A stretch of DNA of 64,000 nucleotides from an uncultured Gemmatimonadaceae bacterium (GTDB lineage: Bacteria; Gemmatimonadota; Gemmatimonadetes; Gemmatimonadales; Gemmatimonadaceae): NCBI GenBank assembly GCA_963781585.1, contig CAWAGQ010000002.1, forward strand, positions 96,001 to 160,000, written 5' to 3'. Below the pieces are notes generated by a model. The model did no database searches, was not told the DNA's origin, and worked only from the letters and a program-made list of their open reading frames with translations. Positions 41,191 to 55,074 of this stretch are shown in pieces. Each line of letters opens with the position of its first letter. Position 1 is the stretch's first letter. Position numbers and translations under genes: made by a program.

Positions 41191-41227
41191 GCAGCGTCGG
41201 GCCTGCGGTCCGGCGCTGCCTAACGCG
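41183..41227. terminator. bidirectional hairpin between convergent genes
   Basis: CGCGTTAGGCAGCG (41183-41196) / CGCTGCCTAACGCG (41214-41227), extended by G-U pairs. Confidence 0.7.
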
Positions 41228-44062
41228 TCAGTTGGCGGGGATCACCAGACTGCTGATCCTGCCGATTCCGCATCCGGACGGATTCTGGTCCGCGAACGGG
41301 CCGAACGTCCCCCCGGAGTTGATGAAGAACGACGGTCCGTGGATGTGGTCGCTGTCGCAATTGGGGAGATGGGTGTGAGCGATCGTGACGCCGGAGAATG
41401 CGGACAACGGGATTTGCGTTCCCGCCGGGAAGGGACCGTAATCGTTGGCCAGGGTCACGACCTTGACGCTCACCGTACCGTGGACATCGACCGTGAGGTC
41501 GACGCTTTCCGGCCCCTGGGTGGCAGTGACCCTGACCTGACCGGTGAACGACTTGGCTTGTGAGCAGTTGAACTTCACCGTGACGGTGCGACTCTCCCCC
41601 GGAGGAATGGTGACCGTTCCTCCCACGATATCGATCACCGTCGAGCCGACCACGACGCTGCTGATGCCCATGGGAGTGGTGCCGTTGTTGGTGACGGTGA
41701 ACGTGCCGAGGGTTTGCGGGCACGCCGTGTCGCCGACGACGTGGACTGCATCGATGGTCTGCGTGCTGAGTTGCGCGCAGTCCTTGCCGTCCACGCCGTC
41801 ATTGAAGCTGCTCGTGACGGTACCTGCGCCATGGAGGGTGGTCGACTGCCCCCCTTTTGTTCCTTTGACGCCGTGAGTCTGGCCATCGCGTCCGTTCCCG
41901 CCATTGGCGGTGGTGATGATCGTGTAGCCGCCGTCGGCAGCCTTGCCTCCCAGTCCCATGCCTCCCTGGCCGTCCTCACCGCTGGCCGGTCCGCCGTTGC
42001 CGCCGCGCCCCCCGTGTTGCAGATCGGGGCATTCCTTCCATCCCAGGCCGCCGTTCCCATTGGACCACGCGCCGAATCCTCCCGTGCCCCCCGGGGCGAT
42101 CAGCGGAGCGCCGGTTCCCAGTCCCTTGGCCAGCGCGTCACCGCCCATGCCGCCGAACGTCTTGATCGCACCACCGTAGCCCCCGTCCTTGAGGGGATCG
42201 GTGCCGTCGCCTCCATTGCCACCCGCGGACGTGGCTGCACCGCCCATCCCCCCGACGCCGCCGGTGACGTTTGCATTCCCGGCACCGATCACGTTGCCAA
42301 ACGCGGTGAGCGACACGGCCGGCACGCTTCCGCCCTTGCCGCCGTGCGACTCGGCATCGCCACCGTCCTGCGTGCGCGTCGTCCCGACGCCCGGTGTGCC
42401 GTTCGCGCCCGTCGCGGTCGCCACGCCGCCCTGGCCGCCACTCCCCAGTTCGATCGTGAACGGGTCCGTGACCTGAATTCCGCCGCTGCCCGAGATCTGG
42501 ACCAGGCCCGGCGACGCGCCGTCGCCACCTGTCGCTTTCGCGTTCGCGGCCTTGGCCGGATTCACGGTGCCCGACACGCCGGTCGCGGTGGCCGACCCCC
42601 CGATGCCCCCGTTACCCGACTTGATCCGGTTGCCGGTTCCTACGAACACCACCTTACCGGTCGACCGCACGCGGATCAGACCGCCCTTGCCTCCGTTCCC
42701 GCCTGACGCATCGGCGGATGTCTGGCTGTTGTGCGTGCCCGGGCCGCCGTTACCACCGTTCTGCCCTTCGACATCGGCGCCCCCTGCCAGTGCGAGATCC
42801 GCGCCGCGGCACTGCAGGGTGAAGGTCGCGCCATCGCTCCCGTTACCACCATGTTGCCCCGCCGAGCCGCTCGGAGCGTCAGGCGGCGCCGGGAAATTCG
42901 AGTGACCCACGCTGCCGCAGACCAGTGGCGTGCCCGCCGCACCCGTGTTTTGCGAGTGGGCCTCCAGACCGACACTGGAGCCCGCGATGAAGAAGTCGTT
43001 GTCGGTGAGCGTGGAGTCGTTCTCGATCTCGAGCGCACCCGCCCGTCGGATCGTAGCCCCCTCGATGGTGAAACCACCGCCCGCGTAGATCTTGAGGCGG
43101 GGCGGATTCTCAGGTTGCACGGCGCAGCTGTTGTCCAGCGTGCCGGTCACGCTCACGGCCTGCTCGCTGTTGATCGCGATCGCCACGCAGTTCCCCTGCA
43201 TCGTCCCGGAGATGTCGACCGCTTCGTCCGCATCGATTGTCACATCGCCGGAAACGGTGACCGTGCGCCCTGCAGCAATCGTCATGCTGGTCACCTGCAC
43301 CGTCCCAGTTGTGAACGTCGTATCCTTGGACGGATTCAGAACCACCACCTGCCCCTGGGCCGAAAAGGTCACGGGATTCCCGGTGATACCGGAGCCCGTC
43401 AGGCTGGCGGTCATGGTGTTCGCTCCCTGCGCAGGACCGAGCGTCCACGAGTCGAGCGTCGCAACGCCATCCGCACCCGTCTGAGCGCTGCCGGGAGTGA
43501 CGCTCCCGCCGCCGGCGGTGACGGCGAACGTCACCGTCACGCTGCCGATCGGATTGTCGAACTGGTCGGTGACCCGAACCGACGGCCGCACGGACACCGC
43601 GTGATGCGCAACCGCGGTCTGATTGTCGCCGGCAGTCTTTTCCAGTTTGGCCGGCGGTCCGGCAGCCGCCGTCGCGGTGAACGTCACCGGGCTTCCGGAG
43701 GCGCCGGAAACCGTCGCGGAAAGTGTGTTCGTGCCGGTGGCGTGCCCCAGGACCCACGAGCCCGCGGCCGCAACGCCGCTCGCATTGGTCGTCGAGGTCG
43801 CGCCGGTAACCGTCCCACCGCCTGACGCCACGGCGAACGTGACGGCAACGCCGGAGACGGGCTGAGACGATCGGGTGACCTTCACGGAGGGCGCGGTGCC
43901 TACTGCCTGCCCCACCGTTCCGTTCTGGCCGTCTCCCGATGCGATTGCGACTGCCAGGGGACCGGACGGTCCGGTCGATTTGTCCCCACCGCCGCATCCG
44001 AACGATAGAAGAATGCACGCAATGCCAAGCGCGCCGGCCGGCGCGAACGTGATCCGTCGCAT
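41228..44062 (-). CDS. large surface lipoprotein with Ig-like domains and Gly-rich repeats
   Basis: Lipobox LSFGC; SGDGQ/AGDNQ Big-like repeats; long GGxGGxG tract; C-terminal beta domain. Confidence 0.8.
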   Translation of the reverse strand: MRRITFAPAGALGIACILLSFGCGGGDKSTGPSGPLAVAIASGDGQNGTVGQAVGTAPSVKVTRSSQPVSGVAVTFAVASGGGTVTGATSTTNASGVAAAGSWVLGHATGTNTLSATVSGASGSPVTFTATAAAGPPAKLEKTAGDNQTAVAHHAVSVRPSVRVTDQFDNPIGSVTVTFAVTAGGGSVTPGSAQTGADGVATLDSWTLGPAQGANTMTASLTGSGITGNPVTFSAQGQVVVLNPSKDTTFTTGTVQVTSMTIAAGRTVTVSGDVTIDADEAVDISGTMQGNCVAIAINSEQAVSVTGTLDNSCAVQPENPPRLKIYAGGGFTIEGATIRRAGALEIENDSTLTDNDFFIAGSSVGLEAHSQNTGAAGTPLVCGSVGHSNFPAPPDAPSGSAGQHGGNGSDGATFTLQCRGADLALAGGADVEGQNGGNGGPGTHNSQTSADASGGNGGKGGLIRVRSTGKVVFVGTGNRIKSGNGGIGGSATATGVSGTVNPAKAANAKATGGDGASPGLVQISGSGGIQVTDPFTIELGSGGQGGVATATGANGTPGVGTTRTQDGGDAESHGGKGGSVPAVSLTAFGNVIGAGNANVTGGVGGMGGAATSAGGNGGDGTDPLKDGGYGGAIKTFGGMGGDALAKGLGTGAPLIAPGGTGGFGAWSNGNGGLGWKECPDLQHGGRGGNGGPASGEDGQGGMGLGGKAADGGYTIITTANGGNGRDGQTHGVKGTKGGQSTTLHGAGTVTSSFNDGVDGKDCAQLSTQTIDAVHVVGDTACPQTLGTFTVTNNGTTPMGISSVVVGSTVIDIVGGTVTIPPGESRTVTVKFNCSQAKSFTGQVRVTATQGPESVDLTVDVHGTVSVKVVTLANDYGPFPAGTQIPLSAFSGVTIAHTHLPNCDSDHIHGPSFFINSGGTFGPFADQNPSGCGIGRISSLVIPAN

Positions 44063-44282
44063 GGGAACTCCTGGGGGGAGAGTCCGGCCACATTAGCCCG
44101 CTCTAACGCTCGGTGTCAAGAAGTGCACGAGGTCGGTTGGTATCGCCAATCGCGGTCTCGGCGGAGCAGGGACGGCCGCCGCGCGAGCGACACTCCAGTC
44201 GGTGTCGGCAATCCGGACCGGGGTGTGGACTGGTGCACTCGCCCTGGTCGGCCACGATCGAACGACTGGCGACGATGATAGG

Positions 44283-47987
<3,705 letters not shown>

Positions 47988-47994
47988 TGGCGGG

Positions 47995-48080
47995 ATAGGC
48001 CATGGTCATAGGCCATAGGCAGCCATAGGCCATAGGTCATAGGTCATACAGGCCAAAGGCCAGAGGCCATAGGCCATAGG
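47995..48080. repeat. heptamer array (AGGCCAT/AGGTCAT) between imuB and dnaE2
   Basis: Direct reading; ends about 8 nt before the dnaE2 ATG. Confidence 0.9.
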
Positions 48081-48093
48081 GATGTCGCTGCGG

Positions 48094-50202
48094 TCAGTCG
48101 TACCAACCCTGCACATACCAGCCACCTTCCGCGGCTGCGCCATCGCGAAAGAGCACGAGATCGCCTTCTCCCTCTGCTTCCTCGCACCGCCAGTAGTCGC
48201 GCGCATATCCGTCCTTCCACCAATCGCCCGACAGGCGCTCGGGTCCGACGGTGCGCTCGATGCGCACCCGTCGCCCTCGCCACCAGAGCACGCGCGGCGC
48301 ACCGTCTTCGCACTCGACCTCCACGGACTCGGGAGGCTCGAGTTGGCGGAGTGCCCGGGTGAGGGGTGGCAGAGAGCCGGCGCCGGGCGACGGGTTTGCG
48401 CTTCGACCCACGCCGTCGCTCTCCACGATCCGCGGGTGTCGCGACACGCCGGGTTCCCCGTCGCTTCTCGTACCGCGGCGTGGTTCCCGGTGCGGCTGGT
48501 CTCTGCCTGGCATCGGGGGTTCATCGTCCGGCGTTTCCAGTCCCACCCATGCGCCTGCGCGTTCCGGCCGGTGCTCGTCACGCACCACGGGGAAGACCAC
48601 CGCGTCGGGGCCGAGTTCCGCACGCAGGCGCGCGAAGGCGGCATCGGCGGCCGCCGGGTCGCGCCATGAGGGGTCGAGCAGGTCGCCCTGTTCGCCGGTG
48701 AGTGGCGCGGTGGCGGTGATGGCCACGGTCACACCGCACACCGGCGCCGAGAGCGTCCAGCGGTCGAGGAGGGCGCGGCATCGTTCGAGCAGCGGCACCG
48801 ACCGTGCGAGCGGGCGGGCGAGGCGCATTTCGCGCGTGATCGTGTGGGCCGGTGCGTCGGGGAGAGCGCTGCGCGGGTCGTCGAGCGTGAGGGTGATCGC
48901 CACCGTCGCGGCGGCCCGTCCATCGGCAACGAGCTCACGCACCAGCCGGTCGAGGGCGGCCCGGACCAGGAAGAGCACGGGTTGCATCGCGGACACGCTC
49001 GGGGCGAGGTCGGCCGAGGCGGATCGTGGCGCATCGGCGCGGGCCAGCAGCGGACGGCGGTGGTCCTCGCCGCGCGCCAGGCGCCAGGCGGCGAGACCGG
49101 CGTTTCCCCAGCGTCGCTCGACGTCTTCTGCGGAGAAGGCGGCGAACGCACCGGCGGTACGGATGCCTAACGCCTTGAGCGTCTCTCGCAGTTCCTCGTC
49201 CATGGGGACGAGTCCGAGCGGGACATTGGCCAGGTAGGCGGCGCACCGGCCGGGGGGGACGATGACGATCGGGTCGGGCGTCCGGGATCGGGAATCCGGA
49301 GGGAGGCCGGAAGCGCGCGCCGGAGGCCGGAGGGGAGGCGGGGGCGTTTCCGGTGCGCGGGGGGTGGTTCCGGCTTCCGGTCTCCGTCCCGCCAGTTCCC
49401 AGGTGCCGGCGCGCGCCGCGACACACGAGTCGGCGATGGCCACGCGGGCGCGCGGGTGCCAGCGGCGCGCGCGATGCAGCAGGGCGCTGCCAGCGCGCGT
49501 TCGCCGCCTAACGCTTCGAGTCCGGCGGCGCCGACCCACCAGAGTCCCGGCGCACCGGCGACCGGAGTGACCTGGGGGCTGGCGGCGAGGAAGGCGGCGG
49601 TGGCGCGCCGGACTTCGTCGGCGATGGTGGTGGCGTCCCACGGGAGCACGGCGAGCGCGGCGCATCGCGCCCGTGCTTCGGTGGTGGTCATGCCGGCGCG
49701 GACCCGGTGGTGCGCGGCGGCGGCGGTGACTGCACAGAGCCGTGGCCCTCGGCGAGGGCGATGGGGAGATCATCCCAGTGTGGCGATGGAACGATGGGAG
49801 ACGCGTTGGAATGGTGACGCGCCGCGGTGGTGGAAGCGGTATGCTGAATAGCGGGGGGGGGCCCAGTGGCCGTCCGTTACCGCCCGGTTTCCCCAGCGAG
49901 GAGGAATCCGTCGCGGCCGACGACCGGCTCGGCACACCGGCGCTTGCGGGGGAGCGAGAAGCCGGTGTCCCGGGATCGCAGTCCGACATCGGACTGGCCG
50001 ACGGGTTCGCTCCGTCCTGCCGTTTCCGGCTGCTGGACGGCGCCGCCTTCCGGTCGTCTGTCTCCAGCTCGAGCGCCAACTGGCCGCCTGGCGCCAGGAA
50101 CGTCGGGAGCGGCGCGTTCCCCCCGGCGATTGCGTGGTGCCACACCGCGCCGATCGGGAACCTCGGAATACGCACACAGGCGATGCGTCCTGTCGATCGC
50201 AC
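48094..50202 (-). CDS. imuB: ImuB (inactive Y-family polymerase-like), several frameshifts at about 49480-49870
   Basis: N-terminal RIACVRIPRF; RVRAGMTTTEARARC; LKALGIRT; QGDLL clamp motif; AFARLRAELG; GPERLSGDWW...RDYW...GWYD. Confidence 0.82.
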   Translation of the reverse strand: MRSTGRIACVRIPRFPIGAVWHHAIAGGNAPLPTFLAPGGQLALELETDDRKAAPSSSRKRQDGANPSASPMSDCDPGTPASRSPASAGVPSRSSAATDSSSLGKPGGNGRPLGPPPLFSIPLPPPRRVTIPTRLPSFHRHTGMISPSPSPRATALCSHRRRRAPPGPRRHDHHRSTGAMRRARRAPVGRHHHRRRSPARHRRLPRRQPPGHSGRRCAGTLVGRRRRTRSVRRRTRAGSALLHRARRWHPRARVAIADSCVAARAGTWELAGRRPEAGTTPRAPETPPPPLRPPARASGLPPDSRSRTPDPIVIVPPGRCAAYLANVPLGLVPMDEELRETLKALGIRTAGAFAAFSAEDVERRWGNAGLAAWRLARGEDHRRPLLARADAPRSASADLAPSVSAMQPVLFLVRAALDRLVRELVADGRAAATVAITLTLDDPRSALPDAPAHTITREMRLARPLARSVPLLERCRALLDRWTLSAPVCGVTVAITATAPLTGEQGDLLDPSWRDPAAADAAFARLRAELGPDAVVFPVVRDEHRPERAGAWVGLETPDDEPPMPGRDQPHREPRRGTRSDGEPGVSRHPRIVESDGVGRSANPSPGAGSLPPLTRALRQLEPPESVEVECEDGAPRVLWWRGRRVRIERTVGPERLSGDWWKDGYARDYWRCEEAEGEGDLVLFRDGAAAEGGWYVQGWYD

Positions 50203-50915
50203 AACTGACCTCCACCGGGTGATGCCGTCCGCCCTTTTCCACCGCGACGCACAGCATGCTCGCCGAGCGCCGGGACACCGAGACCGACCGGAGGGGAGGA
50301 GCGTGGCCACGAAGTCCGCCCTCCGACTTCCGATCGGTCGTCGCCTGCTCATTCGTAATCGCACCGCGCTTCCCACTCCTCCTCCGGCGCGGGTAGCCGG
50401 GTCCACTCGCTCGTCACCCACCACCACCAGCGCGGCGTCGTGATCGCGTGCCAGCCGCGTGAGGCGAACAGCAACCGGCCGTGAGAGCGGGGGCCCACCG
50501 TCGAGCACCACCAGGCCGAACGCCCCGCTTCGCAACAGGACGTCCGCGCACCAGGCACTCCGGCTGGCATCCGGCGGCCGGATGACCCACAGATGTTTCT
50601 CCGCCTCTCCCCGCTCCCGCTTTCCGGTTCTCCGCGCCTCGTTAAGGCGGTCCAGTCGCGCGGCGCCAGTGTCCGCGTCGCGTCGACGTAGGCCACCCAG
50701 CGCCGGGCCGCGATGGCGCCGGCCACGATCTGCCTGACGAGGGTCGTCTTCCCGCTTCCCCGTGCGCCGATGATCTCGGTGAGCCGGCCGTACGGGACGC
50801 CGCCGTCCGACAGCGCCCGATCGAGCGCCGCGATGCCGGTGGGTATCGCCGCCCCGCCGGCGCGCGGCGGGGCGAGAAAGACAGCGAGTTGCTGGCGAAG
50901 CGCGGCGAGAGACAT
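49877..50915 (-). CDS. imuA: ImuA/RecA-like protein, frameshifts near 50640 and about 50280-50350
   Basis: IPTGIAALDRAL, GRLTEIIGARGSGKT, VAYVD, LWVIRP, LLRSGAFGLVVLD; 3' end inferred. Confidence 0.78.
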
Positions 50916-50926
50916 GGGTTGTTGGG

Positions 50927-51024
50927 AGGCCAGAGGTCATAGGTCATAGGCCATAGGTCATAGGCCAAAGGCCAAAGGTCATAGGCCAAAGGCCAAAGGC
51001 CAAAGGCCAAAGGCCAAAGGCCAT
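50927..51024. repeat. 14-unit heptamer array (AGGCCAA/AGGTCAT) between the radical SAM gene and imuA
   Basis: 98 nt = 14x7, read directly. Confidence 0.95.
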
Positions 51025-51042
51025 GGCCTCCGACGCGAACGC

Positions 51043-52263
51043 CTAACGCGTGACATCGGCCGGCCCGAAATGGAGCTCGCCCTGCATCCCTGCCTCGGTC
51101 GCCGCAGAGGCGCGCGGCGCTCCAACGCGCCCGCCGCCTCCAGGTGCCCGCCCGCCGGGCACGATCGCCGTGGCCCGGAATGCCAGCGGCTCCTCCGCAC
51201 CCTCCTTCTCCACCCCGTAGCGGATGCCAGCCTCCCGGCACTGCCGGCGCAGAAAGCGCCGCAGCCCATCCCGATACCGGTCGCTCATCTGATGGCTCTC
51301 CGCGTACGCGGCCCGATACCGGGCGGCCAGATCGGGAAACTCCGCTTCGATGAACGGGAGATAGCGATGCCGCGCCGTGGCCTGCAGCCGGAGCGCGCAG
51401 GCGCTGACGTGGGAGGCGCCCGCACCGGCCACGCGCCTGACGAGCTCGCGCAACATCCCGGGCCGGTCGGTCAGTCCGGGCAGCACCGGCATGATGTTCA
51501 CCCCCGTATCGATGCCGGCGGCCGACAGGCGCGCCACGGCCCGGAGCCGCGCCTCCGGCGTCGGCGCCCGCGGTTCGATGCGGCGGGCCAGCTCGCGATC
51601 GAGCGTGATGAGCGACACGTGCACGGTGAGCGCCGACCGCGCCACGAGCGCCGTCAGGATGTCGATGTCGCGCGTAATGAGCGGACTCTTGGTGACGATC
51701 CCCACCGAGAGTCCGCGCTCCGCCGCCAGGACCTCGAGGATCGCGCGAGTGACGCGAAAGGTCCGTTCCGCCGGTTGATAAGGATCGGTCGCCGTGCCGA
51801 TCGCGATTCGCTCTCCGGTGGTCAATCGGGTGAGACGATCGGCGAACGCGCGCCGGCTCCGCGAATGGCGCGCAGCATCCCGGGCGCGCAACTGCATGCG
51901 CAACACCTCGGCTGCGTTCCGCTTGACGAAGATCCGCCGCTCGAATGCCAGCCACGGCGGCAATTCGGTGAGTTCTTCGGCAACCGTTGCGGCTGGCGCA
52001 GTCGCCACCGTGCGCTCGGCGGCATACCGGTGCGCATAGCGCGCATAACAGTAGGCGCACCCGAACGCGCAGCCCACGTAGGGGTTGATCGACCAGAATT
52101 CCATTCCGGTCGATTCCGGCGGGTTGAGCACCCCCTTCGCCACTGTGTCGTAGTAGCGAATGTCCTTGCGGGTGCCGATCAGGCCCGGGATCGGACGATG
52201 CCGGCCGGCATCGTCAGCCTGGCTCACGGGAAAGAGGGAAGGGCTCACCAGGTTGTGGCTCAT
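51043..52263 (-). CDS. radical SAM protein (SplB/Rv2578c-like DNA repair family)
   Basis: INPYVGCAFGCAYCYA (CxxxCxxC), GTATDPYQPAE, TKSPLITRD, IEPRAPTP. Confidence 0.9.
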   Translation of the reverse strand: MSHNLVSPSLFPVSQADDAGRHRPIPGLIGTRKDIRYYDTVAKGVLNPPESTGMEFWSINPYVGCAFGCAYCYARYAHRYAAERTVATAPAATVAEELTELPPWLAFERRIFVKRNAAEVLRMQLRARDAARHSRSRRAFADRLTRLTTGERIAIGTATDPYQPAERTFRVTRAILEVLAAERGLSVGIVTKSPLITRDIDILTALVARSALTVHVSLITLDRELARRIEPRAPTPEARLRAVARLSAAGIDTGVNIMPVLPGLTDRPGMLRELVRRVAGAGASHVSACALRLQATARHRYLPFIEAEFPDLAARYRAAYAESHQMSDRYRDGLRRFLRRQCREAGIRYGVEKEGAEEPLAFRATAIVPGGRAPGGGGRVGAPRASAATEAGMQGELHFGPADVTR

Positions 52264-52357
52264 AGATCAACTCACAGTTCACAGCTCATAGCTCAAGGTC
52301 GAAGACCGGAGGTCGGAGACACGCATCCGCGCTCAGCCCACCGGAGATTCCGACTCA

Positions 52358-52386
52358 CATATACCGAACAAATACCGAAGATGCAA
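52358..52386 (-). promoter_or_regulatory. putative SOS promoter with LexA-like direct repeat in the spacer
   Basis: Minus strand TTGCAT-17 nt-TATATG; ATACCGAA repeated at 52361 and 52372 (11-bp period; CTTC-N7-GTTC). Confidence 0.55.
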
Positions 52387-52496
52387 GACGGTGCTTTTCC
52401 CCGTACTCTGTCTGGTAGTGCAGGAAGTGGTTGGGCCCAAAAGGCTTCCGCGAGGCGAACCCAGCGCCAAGCTCCCCTCCTCCCAGCTATGCCCCC

Positions 52497-53873
52497 ATGA
52501 GCAACGAGCATGAGCCACGCGATGCCCGCACGCTGGCGCGCGCCATTCGACAACGCCGCGTGTCGCCGGTCGAAGTCGTCGACGCGCTGCTGCAACGCAT
52601 CGCGGAGCTCAATCCGATCCTCAACGCGTATCTCTCGGTGTTCGAGGAGCCCGCACGGGAGGCGGCGAAACGCGCTGAGCGGCGGACCGCCCGGAAAGGG
52701 GAGCTGGGTCCCCTCCACGGTGTTCCGGTTTCGCTCAAGGATCTGATTCTCACGACCGAAGCGCCGACCACCGCCGGGTCGCTGATCTTCGGCGACGGCC
52801 TGGTGGCCGAGCGCGACGCGCCGGTGGTGCGACGTCTGCGTCGCGCCGGGGCCATCATCATCGGCAAGACGAATCTCCACGAGGTCGCGTTAGGCGTCAC
52901 CAGCGACAACGAACATTTCGGCCCGGTGCGGAATCCCTGGGATCTCACGCGAGTGGCAGGCGGCTCGTCAGGCGGGTCGGCGGCAGCCGTGGCGGCCGGG
53001 CTCGGCCCGCTGTCGGTCGGCAGCGACACCCGCGGTTCGATCCGCATTCCGGCCGCCTGCTGCGGCGTGACCGGGCTCAAGCCGACGCGCGGCCGGGTAT
53101 CGACCGACGACGTGGTTCCACTCAGTCTCACACTCGACCATGTGGGCCCGATGGCGCGAAGCGCCGACGACTGCGCCCTGCTGCTGGACGCGATGCTGGG
53201 CCGGCGCGCCGGTGGCACGACGGCACGCGGAAGCGTGCGGGGAGCGCGGATCGGCATCTCCGAATACCACCTGCGCGATCTGGATACCGCCGTGCAGACG
53301 CTGGTGGAGGGCGCGCTCACCCGTCTGCAACGTCTCGGCTGCCGGCTGCACGCGGTCGACGTCTCCGGCCTGGATCCCGTGCAGGACGCATCAGTCGTGA
53401 TCACGGCATCCGAGGCGCTGGCGTACCACGATCCGATGCTGCGCGCGCGTCCGGAGGGCTACGGCCCACTGGTGCGAAAGCGGCTCGAGGGCGGCTCGCG
53501 CTGGAGCGCGGTGGACTACCTCCGCGCGATGACGGTGCGCGAAGCGGCCTGTTCCGTGTTCGCGCGCATCTTCACGGGAGTCGATTTTCTGGTGGGCGCC
53601 ACGATTCCGGCCCCGCCACCCCACATCGGTGAGCACGTCGCCTGGATCAACGGGCGCGAGGCTCACCTGGTGGACAGCTTCACACGACTCAACTCGCCGC
53701 AGAACATGGCGGGCGTGCCGGCTCTGGCGCTCCCCTGCGGCTTCTCGGCGGACGGACTTCCGGTGAGCTTCCAGCTCGTGGCGGCGCCCGGGCGGGACGA
53801 GCGCCTGCTCCGGCTCGGGGCGGCGTACCAGCGCGAGACCGACTGGCACACGCGCCTGCCGCCGTCGGCCTGA
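52497..53873 (+). CDS. amidase signature family protein (GatA-like)
   Basis: GPLHGVPVSLKD, GKTN, GGSSGGS, GSDTRGSIRIPA. Confidence 0.92.
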   Translation: MSNEHEPRDARTLARAIRQRRVSPVEVVDALLQRIAELNPILNAYLSVFEEPAREAAKRAERRTARKGELGPLHGVPVSLKDLILTTEAPTTAGSLIFGDGLVAERDAPVVRRLRRAGAIIIGKTNLHEVALGVTSDNEHFGPVRNPWDLTRVAGGSSGGSAAAVAAGLGPLSVGSDTRGSIRIPAACCGVTGLKPTRGRVSTDDVVPLSLTLDHVGPMARSADDCALLLDAMLGRRAGGTTARGSVRGARIGISEYHLRDLDTAVQTLVEGALTRLQRLGCRLHAVDVSGLDPVQDASVVITASEALAYHDPMLRARPEGYGPLVRKRLEGGSRWSAVDYLRAMTVREAACSVFARIFTGVDFLVGATIPAPPPHIGEHVAWINGREAHLVDSFTRLNSPQNMAGVPALALPCGFSADGLPVSFQLVAAPGRDERLLRLGAAYQRETDWHTRLPPSA

Positions 53874-53989
53874 CAGCGCAGCGGACCGGTCTCTCCCGGC
53901 GTATCTTTGGACGACCGCGATGCCGGGAAGGGCCGCGGCTCGCCTGCCTAACGCTGTGTCGTCTCCGCCACGCCTTGCCGGAATCCGCG

Positions 53990-54280
53990 ATGGCTCATCC
54001 GCTGTCGGACATCGAAATCCAGCGCGAGCTGGGGGCGCTCTCCGGCTGGTCCCGCCGCGGCCCCGCCATCACCCGCACGTTCGAGTTCGCCGGCTTCCGG
54101 GACGCCATCGCGTTCGTGAACCGGATCGCCGATGCCGCCGAGCGGATGGATCATCATCCGGATATCGACATCCGCTACACCCGGGTCACGTGCCAGCTCA
54201 GCACGCATTCGGCGGGAGGCATCACCCGCCGCGATTTCCTGCTGGCCGCGGCGATCGACCAGGCGGTCGAGCCGTCCTGA
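53990..54280 (+). CDS. pterin-4-alpha-carbinolamine dehydratase
   Basis: AERMDHHPDI, LSTHSAGGITRRDF. Confidence 0.92.
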   Translation: MAHPLSDIEIQRELGALSGWSRRGPAITRTFEFAGFRDAIAFVNRIADAAERMDHHPDIDIRYTRVTCQLSTHSAGGITRRDFLLAAAIDQAVEPS

Positions 54281-54389
54281 CCCGGGGCCGGGTGGCCACT
54301 TTACAACGGCCGGAGCTATCCCTAGGAAGGAAACGACCCGCTGGCCTAATTCGCGATCGCGTCGGCGGCGCGCTCCGGACGGAGACGCG

Positions 54390-55074
54390 TCAGGAGTTCC
54401 GGCGGCCTCCTCCCAGCAGACTCAGGATCGCGACGAACATGTTCAGCAGGTCCAGATAGATCGCGACCGCGGCCAGAACGTAGTCGTCGGGCCCGAATCG
54501 ATTCCGCAGCCGCCAGGTGTCGAAGATCAGCAGCCCGCCGAACACCAGCACCGCCGCCGCCGAGAGCCAGAGCGACGCCGTCGCGCTCCGCACGAAGATG
54601 TTGATGAACGACGTGATGACCAGCACCCAGAGCCCGATCGTGAAGAACCCGCCCCAGGCGCTGAAATCGCGGCGGCTGGTCCAGGCGTAGACGGTGAGCA
54701 CGCCGAACGTGCTGGCGGTGATGAGCGCGGCCTGCCCCACGACCCCGGGCTGCGACTGCCCGTACACGTAGATCAACGGCGAGATCATCATCCCCGCGAT
54801 GAACGTGAACAGGAATACCAGGCCGATGTTGGCCGGGAACGCGTCACGGAAACGCTGCGCGGCGAACAACGGCGCGAACATGCAGATGAAGGTGATGATC
54901 GGGTGGGCCGCAACCGCCTGCAGGACGGCCGGCTGACTCGAGCGCGAACGCGGTGCCGGCCATGGTGACGAGCACGCTCGCCAGGACGAGCAGGTAGGTG
55001 CGCCGCACCAGCGTCGCGCGCTGCTCGCCGGTGCGAACCACGGTGGCATCAATGGGCCGATACGAGACACCCAT
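54390..55074 (-). CDS. Bax inhibitor-1/YccA family membrane protein, frameshift near 54940
   Basis: LVRRTYLL; multiple TM helices; IFDTW, IYLDLLNMF. Confidence 0.88.

Noticed and set aside
48094..50940. Single 948-aa ImuA-ImuB fusion protein from the ORF track
   Set aside because: The frame only intermittently carries recognisable ImuA or ImuB sequence, and the other motifs lie in neighbouring frames. Two frameshifted genes explain it better.
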